Numbered from the stretch's first letter, positions 19,187 to 30,502 are shown. The stretch is 64,000 bases of DNA from a bacterium (GCA_030619985.1 JAUXAI010000001.1:8708-72707), one strand, 5' to 3'. Notes: a model not told the origin generated them from the sequence alone. Made by a program: numbers and translations.

Positions 19187-19798
19187 ATGCTCAAGAAAGA
19201 TTATAAAATAGATCGTTTTGTAAATAGTAGCCACAGTATAATCTTTAACCTGATAGGGAATGGCGTTAAGGTATTAGATGTTGGCTGTGCGAGTGGTTTT
19301 TTAGCAGAACGACTAAAAAATGAAAAACAGTGTACAGTCGTAGGAATAGAGTTTAACCCAGAATTAGCAAATCAGGCAAGAACATATTGCAAAGAAGTAT
19401 TTAGTGGCGATGTGGAAGAAATAGACATTCGTTATCCTGAGGATTACTTTGATACTATTATCTTTGGCGACATTTTAGAACATACCAAGGATCCTAAAAA
19501 GGTAATTATGAGGTATAAGAAGTATGTAACAAAAGATGGAAGGATAATAATATCACTCCCCAACATAGCTTTTTGGAGTATAAGGTTGAATTTATTATTC
19601 GGCAGGTTCGATTATCGGGAGAAAGGTATCCTGGATAAAACTCATCTGAGGTTTTTTACTATTAAGTCTGCCCAGAGACTGATCCGAGACTGCGGATTAA
19701 AAATCTTAGAAACTAAATATGCCGGCAGAATGATATATTATCTAAGGTTATTTCCCACCCTATTTGCTTACCAGAGTATTAATGTGTGTAAAAAATGA
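19187..19798 (+). CDS. Class I SAM-dependent methyltransferase
   Basis: Motif I VLDVGCASGFLAERL. The ATG at 19187 is preferred over the upstream overlapping ORF start at 19133. Confidence 0.65.
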   Translation: MLKKDYKIDRFVNSSHSIIFNLIGNGVKVLDVGCASGFLAERLKNEKQCTVVGIEFNPELANQARTYCKEVFSGDVEEIDIRYPEDYFDTIIFGDILEHTKDPKKVIMRYKKYVTKDGRIIISLPNIAFWSIRLNLLFGRFDYREKGILDKTHLRFFTIKSAQRLIRDCGLKILETKYAGRMIYYLRLFPTLFAYQSINVCKK

Positions 19799-20964
19799 CA
19801 ATCAAACCTTATATAGTTTATTTAAGTGGTGGTGGTAGAAAGACAAACAGAGAGAGATTACTAACCCTATGTTGCTTTTGGTCAAAAATCAGTAGCCGGG
19901 TTAGAATTTTGACAACGGAGGCAACAGCCAATGTTCTCTATAACGAGATAAAGGGATTGAGGTCAAATATAATGATTGATCGGATTCTTTTTTCTAATAG
20001 AGAACCAGCTGCATATTGGGAGATATTTTTGGAGACGATTAAAAGGGCTATCCTGGGAAGCATCAAAAAGGTTCCTAAAGATATAAATTTGATTTATTCT
20101 ATGACTGGAATAATCACAGAGGTTATGCCCGGATTTTTCTTTAAGATGAGAAATTCAAAATTAAGATGGGTAGTCTTAATGGATAACCTCGTACTCCCCC
20201 CTTCCCAAAGGCCCGGGAATTATTTCGTCAATCTGTTAGCATATTTAGGATTTAGGCTCTCAGTTTTGCTATCAAAAAAGGCGGACATTATTTTACAATG
20301 CAATTCATCAGTTAAGAAAGAGTTATTGAAGCTTGGAATTACTGAGGAAAAAATTAAGCCGACCAGCAATGGTATTATGTTGAATGATATCAGGCAAATT
20401 GCCGAGCCTATTGTCAAGAAATATGAGGCGGTTTTTTTGGGCAGATTACATTATACCAAAGGGATTTTTGATTTGGTAAAAATATGGGCTAACATTATCA
20501 AAATTAAACCCCGAGCAAAATTAGCTTTAATTGGGGACGGAGAAAAAGCGATAGTTATAAAATTAAAAAGAGAGATTAAAAAAAATAATTTAGAAAACAA
20601 CATTCTATTTCTGGGATATCTAATCAGAAAAGAGAAATTCAAGGCTTTAAAAGAGGGAAGGATTTTTGTCTTCCCCAGCAGTGACGAAAGTTGGGGCGTA
20701 GCCGTTATGGAGGCCCTGGCCTGTGGATTACCAGCAGTCGTCTATGATTTAGCGATATACAGAGAAATTTATTCTCCTCACTTATTACAGAGGGCGCAGA
20801 TAGGGAACCTTGAAAAGTTTACTAATCAAGTATTAACTCTATTAAATAATAGAAGAATGAGAGAGAAGCTATCAGATGGGGGGAAAGAAGAAGTAGAACA
20901 TTTCAGCTGGGATGCCATAGTGCAGAAAGAGATAGTTCTTCTCCGAAGACTCTTAAAGGATTAA
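19795..20964 (+). CDS. GT4 family glycosyltransferase (GT-B)
   Basis: C-terminal EAVFLGRLHYTKG...FPSSDESWGVAVMEALACGLPAVVYD, the typical GT4 E-x7-E region. Confidence 0.7.
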   Translation: MTIKPYIVYLSGGGRKTNRERLLTLCCFWSKISSRVRILTTEATANVLYNEIKGLRSNIMIDRILFSNREPAAYWEIFLETIKRAILGSIKKVPKDINLIYSMTGIITEVMPGFFFKMRNSKLRWVVLMDNLVLPPSQRPGNYFVNLLAYLGFRLSVLLSKKADIILQCNSSVKKELLKLGITEEKIKPTSNGIMLNDIRQIAEPIVKKYEAVFLGRLHYTKGIFDLVKIWANIIKIKPRAKLALIGDGEKAIVIKLKREIKKNNLENNILFLGYLIRKEKFKALKEGRIFVFPSSDESWGVAVMEALACGLPAVVYDLAIYREIYSPHLLQRAQIGNLEKFTNQVLTLLNNRRMREKLSDGGKEEVEHFSWDAIVQKEIVLLRRLLKD

Positions 20965-21166
20965 CTTGAGAATAATTGTCAAAATGCTTCAATTATACTA
21001 CTAATTGCCAGTTAGGATGGAGAAAACCAACTTTTATAAGATTAGAAATATATCTTTAGTAAGAAGGCCGAGGAGGTTGCGAAACCTAATATTCTCAGAA
21101 CGGTTGGTATGCCTAAATTTGAATGAGAGGGCTCAGTTTTAGTGCACCATTCTTTAAGAGAGAGGA

Positions 21167-22057
21167 GTGAATGAGATGGATCCGACGGTAACTGTAATTG
21201 TCCCCTTTTTTAACGAAGAGAATGCCCTACCAAAGGTCTTAAAAGAATTAAAGGCTTTGAATAGAAACTATGAGGTTATTCTGGTAGACGATGGTTCGAC
21301 AGATAAAAGTTATATGCTGGCTGAACGATCTAAACTAAAGATCGTACGTCATCATAGGAATAAGGGGTATGGGGCTTCCCTGAAGAGTGGAGCAAAAAAG
21401 GCAAAAGGAGATCTATTGGTTTTCTTTGACGGCGATGGTCAACATAAAACAGAAGGCATCTCTAAGCTTGTGGAATCGATAAAGGAAAATGATTTAGTCA
21501 TCGGCCAAAGAATTAATCAAAGAAAGGTTGCCCCTATGAGGGCCCCAGCAAAATTCATATTAAACCGCATTGCCAACTATCTGACAGGTGAGAAGATACT
21601 CGATCTCAATTCGGGATTTAGAATCATAAAAAGAAAACTTTTTTTAAGATTTATGCATCTCTTTCCTGACGGTTTTTCTTGTTCCACCACCATGACTATA
21701 TTTTTCAGCAAATTCGATTATAAAGCCGCATATTGTCCAATAACTATCAGGAGACGTTATGGCAGAAGCACGGTCAATCCGTTAGTAGATGGATATAACA
21801 CCATTCTTTTGATAATGAGATTAATTGCCCTCTTCGATCCCCTGAGGATTTTTTCTCCGGTGGCCATTTCCCTAATTGTTAGTGGTTTTGCATACGGCTT
21901 CTATAAACTTTTACGTAATCAGTTTGGTTTCACTGTTGGCGCCCTACTCCTCTCTTTATCGGGGGTGGTAATCTTCTTTTTCGGAATTCTATGCGATCAG
22001 GTCTCCAGCCCCAGGTTGCATAAATTCATTGAACATGATTCCAAGCATCAGGATTAG
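21167..22057 (+). CDS. GT2 polyprenyl-phosphate glycosyltransferase (GtrB/ArnC/DPM1-like) with C-terminal TM helices
   Basis: VTVIVPFFNEE...VILVDDGSTDKS...DGDGQH; two C-terminal TM helices. Confidence 0.7.
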   Translation: MNEMDPTVTVIVPFFNEENALPKVLKELKALNRNYEVILVDDGSTDKSYMLAERSKLKIVRHHRNKGYGASLKSGAKKAKGDLLVFFDGDGQHKTEGISKLVESIKENDLVIGQRINQRKVAPMRAPAKFILNRIANYLTGEKILDLNSGFRIIKRKLFLRFMHLFPDGFSCSTTMTIFFSKFDYKAAYCPITIRRRYGRSTVNPLVDGYNTILLIMRLIALFDPLRIFSPVAISLIVSGFAYGFYKLLRNQFGFTVGALLLSLSGVVIFFFGILCDQVSSPRLHKFIEHDSKHQD

Positions 22058-22059
22058 AA

Positions 22060-23946
22060 ATGTGTGGTCTTTGCGGAGTCTTTAATTTCAGAAAGGGCGT
22101 TCCTGTTATCCCATCTTCTATAGAGAAGATGGTCAACATCCTTAGACATCGCGGACCGGATGAGAGTGGCTTATATTGTCGAGGTAGAATTGGGTTGGGG
22201 TCTTGTCGATTAAGCATTATCGACCTAAAAAAGGGGCATCAGCCACTCCATAATGAGGATAACTCTATCTGGATTGTATGTAATGGCGAAATATATAACT
22301 ATCTGGAGTTGAGAGACGAACTGAAGAAAAAGGGTCACACTTTCTATACCAAAAGCGATACCGAAGTTATCGTCCACTTATATGAGAAGTATGGGGAAAG
22401 ATGCTTAGATTATTTGAATGGAATATTCGCCTTTGCTATCTGGAATAAAAGAAAGAAAAAACTTTTTCTCGCTCGCGATCGATTAGGAGTAAAGCCCTTA
22501 TTCTACTATCGCGACAAAGATAAATTAATATTTGCCTCCGAGATTAAAGCCATTCTTCAAGAACCAACCCTAAAGAGAGAAGTCAATCAGGAAGCCCTTT
22601 ATCACTTTTTGTCCCTTAATTATATACCTTCACCTTTGACTATATTTAAAAATATATATTCCCTTCCCGCAGGACACATGCTCATGTGTTCTGATAAAAA
22701 CTTCAAAGTTTTGAAGTATTGGGACGTCTCTTTTGAAGAGACATATGATTTGGGCAAAATGGAATTTATTGAACAGCTCAAGGATTATTTAGATAGATCG
22801 ATAAAGATGCAACTGATAAGTGATGTTCCTATCGGGGCATTCTTAAGTGGTGGGATTGATTCCAGCACTATCGTTAATTTTATAAGAGAAAATTCCAATG
22901 AAGCAATTAAAACTTTCAATGTAAGGTTCCAAGAACCATCGTATGACGAATCCTGCTATGCGACCCAAGCTTCTAAATTATTTAACACGCAGCATTATGA
23001 AATATTCTGTAAGCCTCAGGACTATATAAATTTTTTACCAAAGATTATCCGGCATGCAGATAATCTTACTACGGATGTCTCAATGCTTCCCTTATATTTA
23101 GTCTCCCAATTGGCAAGTCAGCATGTAAAGGTAGTCTTATCTGGAGATGGAGCAGATGAGTTATTTGCGGGTTATTCAACCTATGCAGCAGATAAATTAG
23201 CCTGTCTTTATCGATACTTACCAGGAGTTGTTACTACCAAACTTATTCCTTCTTTGGTTAGCAGATTACCTCTTTCAAGCCGGAAAATGAGTTTCGAATT
23301 TAAAGCCAAAAGATTTATCCAAGGAGTAAATTTATCACCGGAAGAGGCACATTACTCCTGGCGGACAATTTTTTCTGAGGAGGAAAAGAAAAAACTCCTT
23401 GTCAAAGATTTTTTGAATGATAGTTTTAGAGACACTTTCCAGGTCTACCGGAAATTTTATCAAGATACTTACTCCTGGGAAACTTTAAGTAGACATCAAT
23501 ATGCAGATATGAAGGTCTGGCTGGTAGATAGTATTTTAGCTAAAGTAGATTCTATGAGTATGGCAAACTCCTTAGAGGTGCGGGTTCCCTTCCTTGATCA
23601 TCGATTAGTTGAATTTGCGGCGAAAATACCAGCCAAACTTAAACTGAATGGTTTGGTCAATAAATACATTCTTAAAAGGGCAATGAAGGATAAACTACCG
23701 AGTTCTATATTGAAGAGAACCAAGGCTGGTTTTGATATTCCGATAGGAAAGTGGCTCAGGACGGACTTAAAAAAATTAATGACCGATATCTTAAACAAGA
23801 CAACTGTAGATAGGGTTGGTTATTTTAATTGGGAATACATAAAAAAACTAATGGACGATCACTCATCCCTGAAGAGAGATAATGGCTTTAAACTGTTAGG
23901 TTTGATTCATTTTTCTCTATGGCATGATTTTTATATTAAGGGATAG
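22060..23946 (+). CDS. asnB: Asparagine synthetase B-like glutamine amidotransferase
   Basis: N-terminal MCGLCGV Ntn Cys, the SGGIDSS PP-loop, 628 aa. Confidence 0.8.
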   Translation: MCGLCGVFNFRKGVPVIPSSIEKMVNILRHRGPDESGLYCRGRIGLGSCRLSIIDLKKGHQPLHNEDNSIWIVCNGEIYNYLELRDELKKKGHTFYTKSDTEVIVHLYEKYGERCLDYLNGIFAFAIWNKRKKKLFLARDRLGVKPLFYYRDKDKLIFASEIKAILQEPTLKREVNQEALYHFLSLNYIPSPLTIFKNIYSLPAGHMLMCSDKNFKVLKYWDVSFEETYDLGKMEFIEQLKDYLDRSIKMQLISDVPIGAFLSGGIDSSTIVNFIRENSNEAIKTFNVRFQEPSYDESCYATQASKLFNTQHYEIFCKPQDYINFLPKIIRHADNLTTDVSMLPLYLVSQLASQHVKVVLSGDGADELFAGYSTYAADKLACLYRYLPGVVTTKLIPSLVSRLPLSSRKMSFEFKAKRFIQGVNLSPEEAHYSWRTIFSEEEKKKLLVKDFLNDSFRDTFQVYRKFYQDTYSWETLSRHQYADMKVWLVDSILAKVDSMSMANSLEVRVPFLDHRLVEFAAKIPAKLKLNGLVNKYILKRAMKDKLPSSILKRTKAGFDIPIGKWLRTDLKKLMTDILNKTTVDRVGYFNWEYIKKLMDDHSSLKRDNGFKLLGLIHFSLWHDFYIKG

Positions 23947-23950
23947 ATAG

Positions 23951-25039
23951 ATGATAGATTATGCTGCTTGGTATAAAAGAATTTTAAAGCTATATTCGTT
24001 TCTACCTTATTCTTTATTCAAAGGATATGCCTTTCCCCCTTTAACAGTTCAGATGGAAGTTACTCATCGGTGTAATCTCAATTGCTCCTTCTGTTTTCTA
24101 GAGAAAAGTGCCAACTCCTCCTTAGAATTAACTTATGAAGAAATTAAAGAAATCATCGACCAAATACCTCCCTGGTCCCTTTTAACCTTTACTGGTGGCG
24201 AGCCCTTTGTAAGGAAAGATTTTTTTAAAATATTACAGTATGCTTTAGATAAAGGTAAATGTAATGTGGTAACCAATGCCGATTTAATAACCGATGAGTT
24301 TATTGATCTATTTCTTAGTAAAAATTTATTATTAATGGGGATATCCTTGGATGGTGTGGGAAAAATTCATGATAAGTTAAGGGGTAAGAATGGGTTATTC
24401 GATGTTGTAATTGACGCCATTAAAAGAATTCAAATAGCAAAGAAGAAACAAGGGAAGCGGTATCCACTAATTGATATAAAGACTGTTATCCTTGAGCAAA
24501 ATTTGACCTGCCTTTTCAAAATCCTAGAATTAGCCGATAAATTAAAAGTTGATTTTTTTACAGTTTCATTACCCAAACTTTCTGATATCCAATTTACCCC
24601 TCCCTATTATGATGAATTTCGACAAAATAAATTTTTCTCCCCTCCCTACAAAAAAGGCATCAATAAATCTGTAAACCTTAAGATATTAAAAGAAGAATTA
24701 GATTTAATCAGAGAATATTCTGGTTCTGTATCAGTGCGATTTTATCCCTATAATATGCTAAATGATTATGCTATCAGGCAATATTATAATGGCGAATTAA
24801 AAATTAGCGATTTTTACCCTTGTTTTGTACCCTGGACCACAGTTTGTATTTCACCATATGGGGATATGTATCCTTGTTTGGCCTATCGGATTGGGAATTT
24901 AAGGGAGCACAGATTTAAAGAATTATGGAACAGTCAGCGTTTTAGAACGTTCAGACAATCCTTAAGAAAAGCAGGTATCTTACCAAGTTGTCTGGGGTGT
25001 TGCTATTCAGAGTTTAAATCCGAAGTTATTCCTGAATAA
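23951..25039 (+). CDS. Radical SAM protein with C-terminal SPASM/twitch-like Cys cluster
   Basis: HRCNLNCSFCF (CxxxCxxC) plus C-terminal CFVPWTTVCISPYGDMYPCL...SCLGCC. Confidence 0.65.
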   Translation: MIDYAAWYKRILKLYSFLPYSLFKGYAFPPLTVQMEVTHRCNLNCSFCFLEKSANSSLELTYEEIKEIIDQIPPWSLLTFTGGEPFVRKDFFKILQYALDKGKCNVVTNADLITDEFIDLFLSKNLLLMGISLDGVGKIHDKLRGKNGLFDVVIDAIKRIQIAKKKQGKRYPLIDIKTVILEQNLTCLFKILELADKLKVDFFTVSLPKLSDIQFTPPYYDEFRQNKFFSPPYKKGINKSVNLKILKEELDLIREYSGSVSVRFYPYNMLNDYAIRQYYNGELKISDFYPCFVPWTTVCISPYGDMYPCLAYRIGNLREHRFKELWNSQRFRTFRQSLRKAGILPSCLGCCYSEFKSEVIPE

Positions 25040-25107
25040 AGAATTTAGTGTGGCAGAGAAATGGTAATAGCTGGTGTGGATACGCCCAAAAGATAAGGGG
25101 GTAAAAT

Positions 25108-25974
25108 ATGGGTGGTAAAGGTGTTTCTATCATTATTCCCGTTTACAATGAAGAGAAAGGGTTGGCCGTTATGCTTGACGAACTTAAGGCTTCAGTTAAG
25201 GATTGGCCTTTTAAGCCCGAGATTATCGTAGTAGACGATGGCTCTGATGATAACACTAGTTTGGTGGCAGAAAAGAGAAAAGTGAAAGTAATCAAGCATC
25301 CTCGTAATTTTGGATACGGTATGGCAATCAAAACTGGAATCTTAGCCGCTAACCATAATTATCTTGTCACGATAGATGGTGATAATAGTTACTCTGTGGA
25401 AGATATACCCAAATTAGTAGCAGAATTAGACAAATATCATTTAGTATTAGGGACAAGGAGTGGAAAACATTATTGGGATAGATTTTTTAAGTATCCCATG
25501 AGATTTATTTACAGTTCCTTAGTGAGATATGTTACTGGAGAAAGGGTTCCAGATGCCAATACTGGTCTACGCGCCTTCCGTAGAGATATAGCCTTAAGAT
25601 TTTTAGGGCGTCTTTGCACAGGATTTTCTTTCTCTACTACCATGACCCTCGTCTTCATGCTCAATACTTATTTTGTAGGTTTTGTACCAGTAGATTATAA
25701 AGGTAGAATTGGTAAATCAAAGATAAGACTGGTTCACGATACCTTGAGAACCAGTCAGATTTTGACCTCAGCGATAATGCTTTATAACCCGATAAAAGTA
25801 TTCTTACCTATCAGCCTCTTAGCCTTCTTATTTGGCTTAGGTTTTTTAATTAGATATATAATTTTACCTGAGAAAATAATTTTACTAATTGGCGTTTTAC
25901 TCATATTAGCATCACTTTTATTCTTTGCTTTTGGACTTTTAGCCGATCTGATAAGTCAATTAAGAAAAAAATAG
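25108..25974 (+). CDS. GT2 polyprenyl-phosphate glycosyltransferase (GtrB-like) with C-terminal TM helices
   Basis: VSIIIPVYNEE...EIIVVDDGSDDNT; C-terminal hydrophobic helices. Confidence 0.7.
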   Translation: MGGKGVSIIIPVYNEEKGLAVMLDELKASVKDWPFKPEIIVVDDGSDDNTSLVAEKRKVKVIKHPRNFGYGMAIKTGILAANHNYLVTIDGDNSYSVEDIPKLVAELDKYHLVLGTRSGKHYWDRFFKYPMRFIYSSLVRYVTGERVPDANTGLRAFRRDIALRFLGRLCTGFSFSTTMTLVFMLNTYFVGFVPVDYKGRIGKSKIRLVHDTLRTSQILTSAIMLYNPIKVFLPISLLAFLFGLGFLIRYIILPEKIILLIGVLLILASLLFFAFGLLADLISQLRKK

Positions 25975-26035
25975 TCCAAAGAAAAACATTTTCCAGCCTG
26001 CTTGGGATGTTGTTATCTTAAACAGAAGAAATAAA

Positions 26036-27442
26036 ATGAAGATTGTTTTAATTAATCCAGCAAGCCAAGAGAAAGTTTACGGTAAAATCCATAAACATCT
26101 TCCTCCAACAGCACCCTCTCTAGGTGTGTTGTATTTAGCTGCCGTTTTAGAGGAAAACAAAATTCCTGTTTATGTTATTGATGCTTACGGAGAAAATTAT
26201 AATTTAGAGAGGACAGTAGAAGAAATTAAAAGATTAAAACCTGATATCGTTGGTTATACTGTAATGACGACTGTTTTGGGAGTGGTGGTGGAGTTAGCAA
26301 GAAGAGTCAAAGAAGACCTCCCTTGTAGTTTAAACATAGTTGGCGGGCCACATATAACAGCGATGCCAGTCGAATCCTTGATAAATTATCCCTTTTTAGA
26401 TATCAGCGTTATTGGGGAAGGTGAATATACACTTTTAGAAATTGCCCAGGGAAGAAATTTAAATGAAATTAAAGGCATTGCTTACCGTCAAAAAGACGGA
26501 GAGGTGGTTTTAAATCCTCCTAGGGAAGGATTTATTGATGTAGATAAACTTCCCCTTCCAGCTAAACATCTTATTGACCTTGCGAAATACCACCATGCTT
26601 TATTCGAAAGTTATGGAAAACCTCTAACCACTCTTTTGACGAGCCGAGGTTGTCCCTACCAATGCACTTTTTGTTCCTCTCAGGTGACTTTCGGCCGAAG
26701 AATTCGCTTTCGGAATGTGGAAAGCGTAATGGCTGAGGTCGATTCTTTGATCGAAAAATATAGAATTAAAGCAATTGAATTTCGGGATGATGTCTTTACA
26801 GTGAATAAAGCAAGAGTTATTAAACTTTCGGAAGAGTTAGGAAAGAGAAAGATCGCTTGGATTGCTAATGCTCGGCTGGATATAATTGATGATGATATGG
26901 TAAAGGCGATGAAGGAAGGTGGTTGCAAACTTTTAGAAGTAGGAGTTGAATCCGGGAGCCAAAAAATTCTTGACGAGTACCGGAAGGGAATAAAAATTGA
27001 GCAGATCCTGAAAGCTTTTGAGATTTTTAACCGTTACAAAATTGACACATTAGCTTTTTTTATTTTTGGGGCCCTTTCAGAAACTGCTAAGACAGCCCAA
27101 AAGACGATTGACCTTGCCAAAAAAATAAAGCCCACCTTTGTAGAGTTTTTCATTCTTAACCCAATGCCTGGTTCCCCCGCTTATAAAACAGCCTTAGAGA
27201 AAGGAATGATGAAATCGATTGACTGGACGGAGGTTTCTTCGCCCCAGTTTTTTAAACCAATTATTAAACATCCAAATTTCTCAGAAGAGGAATTAGTCGG
27301 GCTAATTAAACGTGCTTACAAGGAATTCTATTTGCGTTTTTCTTATATTTTAAAAATCGCTCTGAGGATGAATTCTCCTTTAAGGATACGAACTTATGTA
27401 AGGCTTCTGCCGGCAATTTTGAAATTGTCAGGAGTAGAATAA
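26036..27442 (+). CDS. B12-binding-domain radical SAM protein
   Basis: B12-binding-like N-terminal domain; SRGCPYQCTFCSS. Confidence 0.75.
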   Translation: MKIVLINPASQEKVYGKIHKHLPPTAPSLGVLYLAAVLEENKIPVYVIDAYGENYNLERTVEEIKRLKPDIVGYTVMTTVLGVVVELARRVKEDLPCSLNIVGGPHITAMPVESLINYPFLDISVIGEGEYTLLEIAQGRNLNEIKGIAYRQKDGEVVLNPPREGFIDVDKLPLPAKHLIDLAKYHHALFESYGKPLTTLLTSRGCPYQCTFCSSQVTFGRRIRFRNVESVMAEVDSLIEKYRIKAIEFRDDVFTVNKARVIKLSEELGKRKIAWIANARLDIIDDDMVKAMKEGGCKLLEVGVESGSQKILDEYRKGIKIEQILKAFEIFNRYKIDTLAFFIFGALSETAKTAQKTIDLAKKIKPTFVEFFILNPMPGSPAYKTALEKGMMKSIDWTEVSSPQFFKPIIKHPNFSEEELVGLIKRAYKEFYLRFSYILKIALRMNSPLRIRTYVRLLPAILKLSGVE

Positions 27443-27444
27443 TT

Positions 27445-27582
27445 ATGAAAATTTCAATTACTATCCCTGCTTTTAATGAAGAAGAGGGAATTGAGGAGAT
27501 TCTTGATGAGGTTATGGAAGTAAACGACCTAACTAAAAATCATTTAATATGTTTTCTGAAAAGTTTGGTTCTCACTCACTGA
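27445..27582 (+). pseudogene. GT2 N-terminal remnant (46 codons)
   Basis: MKISITIPAFNEEEGIEEILDEVMEVND... then a stop; only the first GT-A motif is present. Confidence 0.55.
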
Positions 27583-27683
27583 ATTTGGGAACAAACTGAG
27601 AAAAAGGTTACCATGAATCTTGGTCTAACGCTGTGGTCTTTTGGACTATTCCGCATATTTGCTCGAGGGAGGTAAAGAAAAGC

Positions 27684-29768
27684 ATGTTAAGAAGAAAGTT
27701 ATTTAGTAAATATTTAATATTGATACTCTTAATCTTTATTATATTGAAGAGCTGCCTTGGATGGCCTATGGAAAAGGTGATTCAGGTTATAAGATATTTT
27801 GGTTTTACTTTAATCCCGGAGTTGTTTATTCTATTTTTTATCATCTCCTTATCGTTTCTTATAGGTAATAAACTACTGAGCGTTTTTCGTCTCAATTGGA
27901 ACTCTTTTTTAGAAGAATCCTTAATATCCTTGGGTCTGGGGTTTGGCATTATTGCTTTTGCAAATTTTATTCTTGGTCATTTTGGGCTTTTATATAGTTG
28001 GTTGTATTGGGTCATTTTAATCATTCTCCTTCCCAAGACATTTTCGCATATATATTCCTTTGGGTCTCGTCTCAGAGATAAAATACCTGACTTAACCAGT
28101 ATTAAGAGATCAAAATTTGAATTGGGTTTAATAATTATCCTTTTAATACATATATTTATGGCTGTTACTCTGAGTATGGTTCCTGATCGTGGAGAAGGAT
28201 CTGCTGTCCACTTGGCCATGGCAAGTTATTACAGAATGCATCATGGAATAGTTCATATTCCATTTATGTTCTATGGGGAACAGCCTCATCTGACGGAGAT
28301 GATTTGGCTGAGTTGTATTATGTTATTGAAGAGTTCTGTCCTCTGTAAATTGATGAATTTTACCGCTTATCTTTTAGTCCTGGGTACTATCTACGCCATC
28401 TCAAGAAGGATTCTTTCCAGGAAGTATGCATTATTAGGTTGTGCTATTTTTTCCATAACTACTGAAATAATTTTTGTTTATTTTCATACTTGCAAAGAGG
28501 AATTTTTCTTAACCTTCTTTACTCTTCTCAGCTTTCTCGTTCTACTCTCATATTTCAAAGAAAGAAAAATAGGATATCTATTCCTCCTGACTATAATTCT
28601 TGGCTATGCTACCGGCTGTAAGCTTCTCTTCGGTTTCATTCCCAGCTTGGCGATCATTCCCTTACTCCTGTCAAGAGAAATAGTCGCTCATAAAAAACAC
28701 AGATGGAAGGTAATCTCCAGTTGTATCCTAATATCAGTATCTGTAATTATTTTAGCTTTTCCCTGGTATATGAGACAGCAGATTTATCATCATAGCCTAT
28801 TTTATCCCTTAAAACCAATCAAGACGGTAACTACTGGAGATCGTTCTTCTGTAGGCTTTATTGAAGAAGATCAGGAAGCCTTTACTGTCAAATCGGACCA
28901 ATTGGTCTTTAGACACACTATCCCTTTCCGAGGGTCAAGGGGAGATAAAGTTAAGGGAATCGTTAAGGGTTATTTTCTATTTCTCTGGCGCATGGTAAAT
29001 GAGCCAAAATCCTTTGGGGGAACCTCAGCCAGCATCCTCTTCCTCATCCTCTTGCCTGGCCTACTGTTCTTAAAGCATCCTTTACCCAACGAATATAAAT
29101 ACCTTCTACTCTTTGGACTGTTATTGTATACCTTGAATTTCTTATGTCCAGCAATGATTCAAAGATTCTTCCCCTTAATGGCAGTGTTATCAATGATATG
29201 CGCCTACATTTATTACAACCTGTCAAAAGCTTCAAGAGCAATTAACCTTTTCCTGCTTCTGATAGTGGGGACGATTTTAATAACATTGACAATTACTAAA
29301 AATATAAATCATAAGGTCATCAGTGGTTTCAAAAGCTATTGGCCAGTCGCCTTTGGGGCAGAGACCAGAAAAGAACACCTGGAGAGGACAACGTATGGTA
29401 CATGCTCAACGGCTAATTTTATTTCTGAGAACTTGACTAAAGATGCGAAGCTGTTTTTCTATGCTCTAGCGCAAGGATTTTATTATGAAAACGATTACAT
29501 ATGGGGAGATAAGTTGCATGCCGGGGAATTTATGCAGTACTCCAGAATGAATTGTGCAGAGGATCTGCTTAGGCGATTACATTCTCTGGGGATTACCCAC
29601 TTAGTCATCAGTGCTGGATACTGGCCCCCCCGGAAAGGATATAATGAAGAGAATATACACGCCTGGGTGAAGCAAATTGCAGCACAATACTCTACCAAGC
29701 TCTTCGAAGATAAGTATATCTCCCTCTATGAGATTGATTATTCGAAAAAGGTTGGGGCAGGAGAATAG
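27684..29768 (+). CDS. Large polytopic membrane protein, putative GT-C fold glycosyltransferase (ArnT/PMT-like)
   Basis: About 695 aa with at least 12 predicted TM helices and a C-terminal soluble domain. A GAGGGAGG RBS sits before ATG 27684; the six-frame ORF starts at 27633. Confidence 0.45.
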   Translation: MLRRKLFSKYLILILLIFIILKSCLGWPMEKVIQVIRYFGFTLIPELFILFFIISLSFLIGNKLLSVFRLNWNSFLEESLISLGLGFGIIAFANFILGHFGLLYSWLYWVILIILLPKTFSHIYSFGSRLRDKIPDLTSIKRSKFELGLIIILLIHIFMAVTLSMVPDRGEGSAVHLAMASYYRMHHGIVHIPFMFYGEQPHLTEMIWLSCIMLLKSSVLCKLMNFTAYLLVLGTIYAISRRILSRKYALLGCAIFSITTEIIFVYFHTCKEEFFLTFFTLLSFLVLLSYFKERKIGYLFLLTIILGYATGCKLLFGFIPSLAIIPLLLSREIVAHKKHRWKVISSCILISVSVIILAFPWYMRQQIYHHSLFYPLKPIKTVTTGDRSSVGFIEEDQEAFTVKSDQLVFRHTIPFRGSRGDKVKGIVKGYFLFLWRMVNEPKSFGGTSASILFLILLPGLLFLKHPLPNEYKYLLLFGLLLYTLNFLCPAMIQRFFPLMAVLSMICAYIYYNLSKASRAINLFLLLIVGTILITLTITKNINHKVISGFKSYWPVAFGAETRKEHLERTTYGTCSTANFISENLTKDAKLFFYALAQGFYYENDYIWGDKLHAGEFMQYSRMNCAEDLLRRLHSLGITHLVISAGYWPPRKGYNEENIHAWVKQIAAQYSTKLFEDKYISLYEIDYSKKVGAGE

Positions 29769-29770
29769 GA

Positions 29771-30502
29771 ATGGGTAGTGAAGGAATTATTTTGTCCATA
29801 GTTGCTCCAGTTTACAATGAAGAGAGGAACATTGAGGAAGTAGTCAGATACTGGAACAAAGTCTTAATGAATAGCAAATTAACCGGAGAGATTGTGGTGA
29901 CTAATGATGGCTCAACGGATAGAACAGGTGATATCTTAAGTAGGCTCGAGAACGAATTAGCCAACCTGGTTGTAATAAATAAGGAACACGGCGGATATGG
30001 CCGGGCATTAGCAGCCTCCGTTTCTGCTTCAAGGGGGAGATACGTCATGACCATCGATTCCGATGGGCAGTTCGATGCTGGAGAGTATCACCTACTATTG
30101 ACCAAATTAGAGGAAGAGAATTTAGATCTGGTGACCGGTTATCGCAAGGGAAAGAAGGACTCCCTCTTTAAGGTGGTGGCCGACAGGATTCTCAACCTGA
30201 TAATCAGGATTTTATTCGGTTTAAGATTAAAGGATACTAACTGTGCCTTAAAGCTTGGGAAAGGGGAGATATTAAGGAAGATCGATATCGAGGCCATGGG
30301 ATATCCTACCCCCACAGAAATTATCATAAAGTTGGCCGCCTCAGGGGCTTCCCTTGGGGAGGTGGGGATTAGTCATCTTCCCAGAGCAGGTGGTATCTCT
30401 AAATTAAGACCGGTAAAAACCGCAATTGAGATGTTAAAGTTCCTCCTCTATTTAAAGTTTAAACTTCACCTCTCCAAATCCAGAGTCATCGCTAAAATCT
30501 AA
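29771..30502 (+). CDS. GT2 family glycosyltransferase (DPM1-like)
   Basis: LSIVAPVYNEERNI...VVTNDGSTDRT...DSDGQ. Confidence 0.7.
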   Translation: MGSEGIILSIVAPVYNEERNIEEVVRYWNKVLMNSKLTGEIVVTNDGSTDRTGDILSRLENELANLVVINKEHGGYGRALAASVSASRGRYVMTIDSDGQFDAGEYHLLLTKLEEENLDLVTGYRKGKKDSLFKVVADRILNLIIRILFGLRLKDTNCALKLGKGEILRKIDIEAMGYPTPTEIIIKLAASGASLGEVGISHLPRAGGISKLRPVKTAIEMLKFLLYLKFKLHLSKSRVIAKI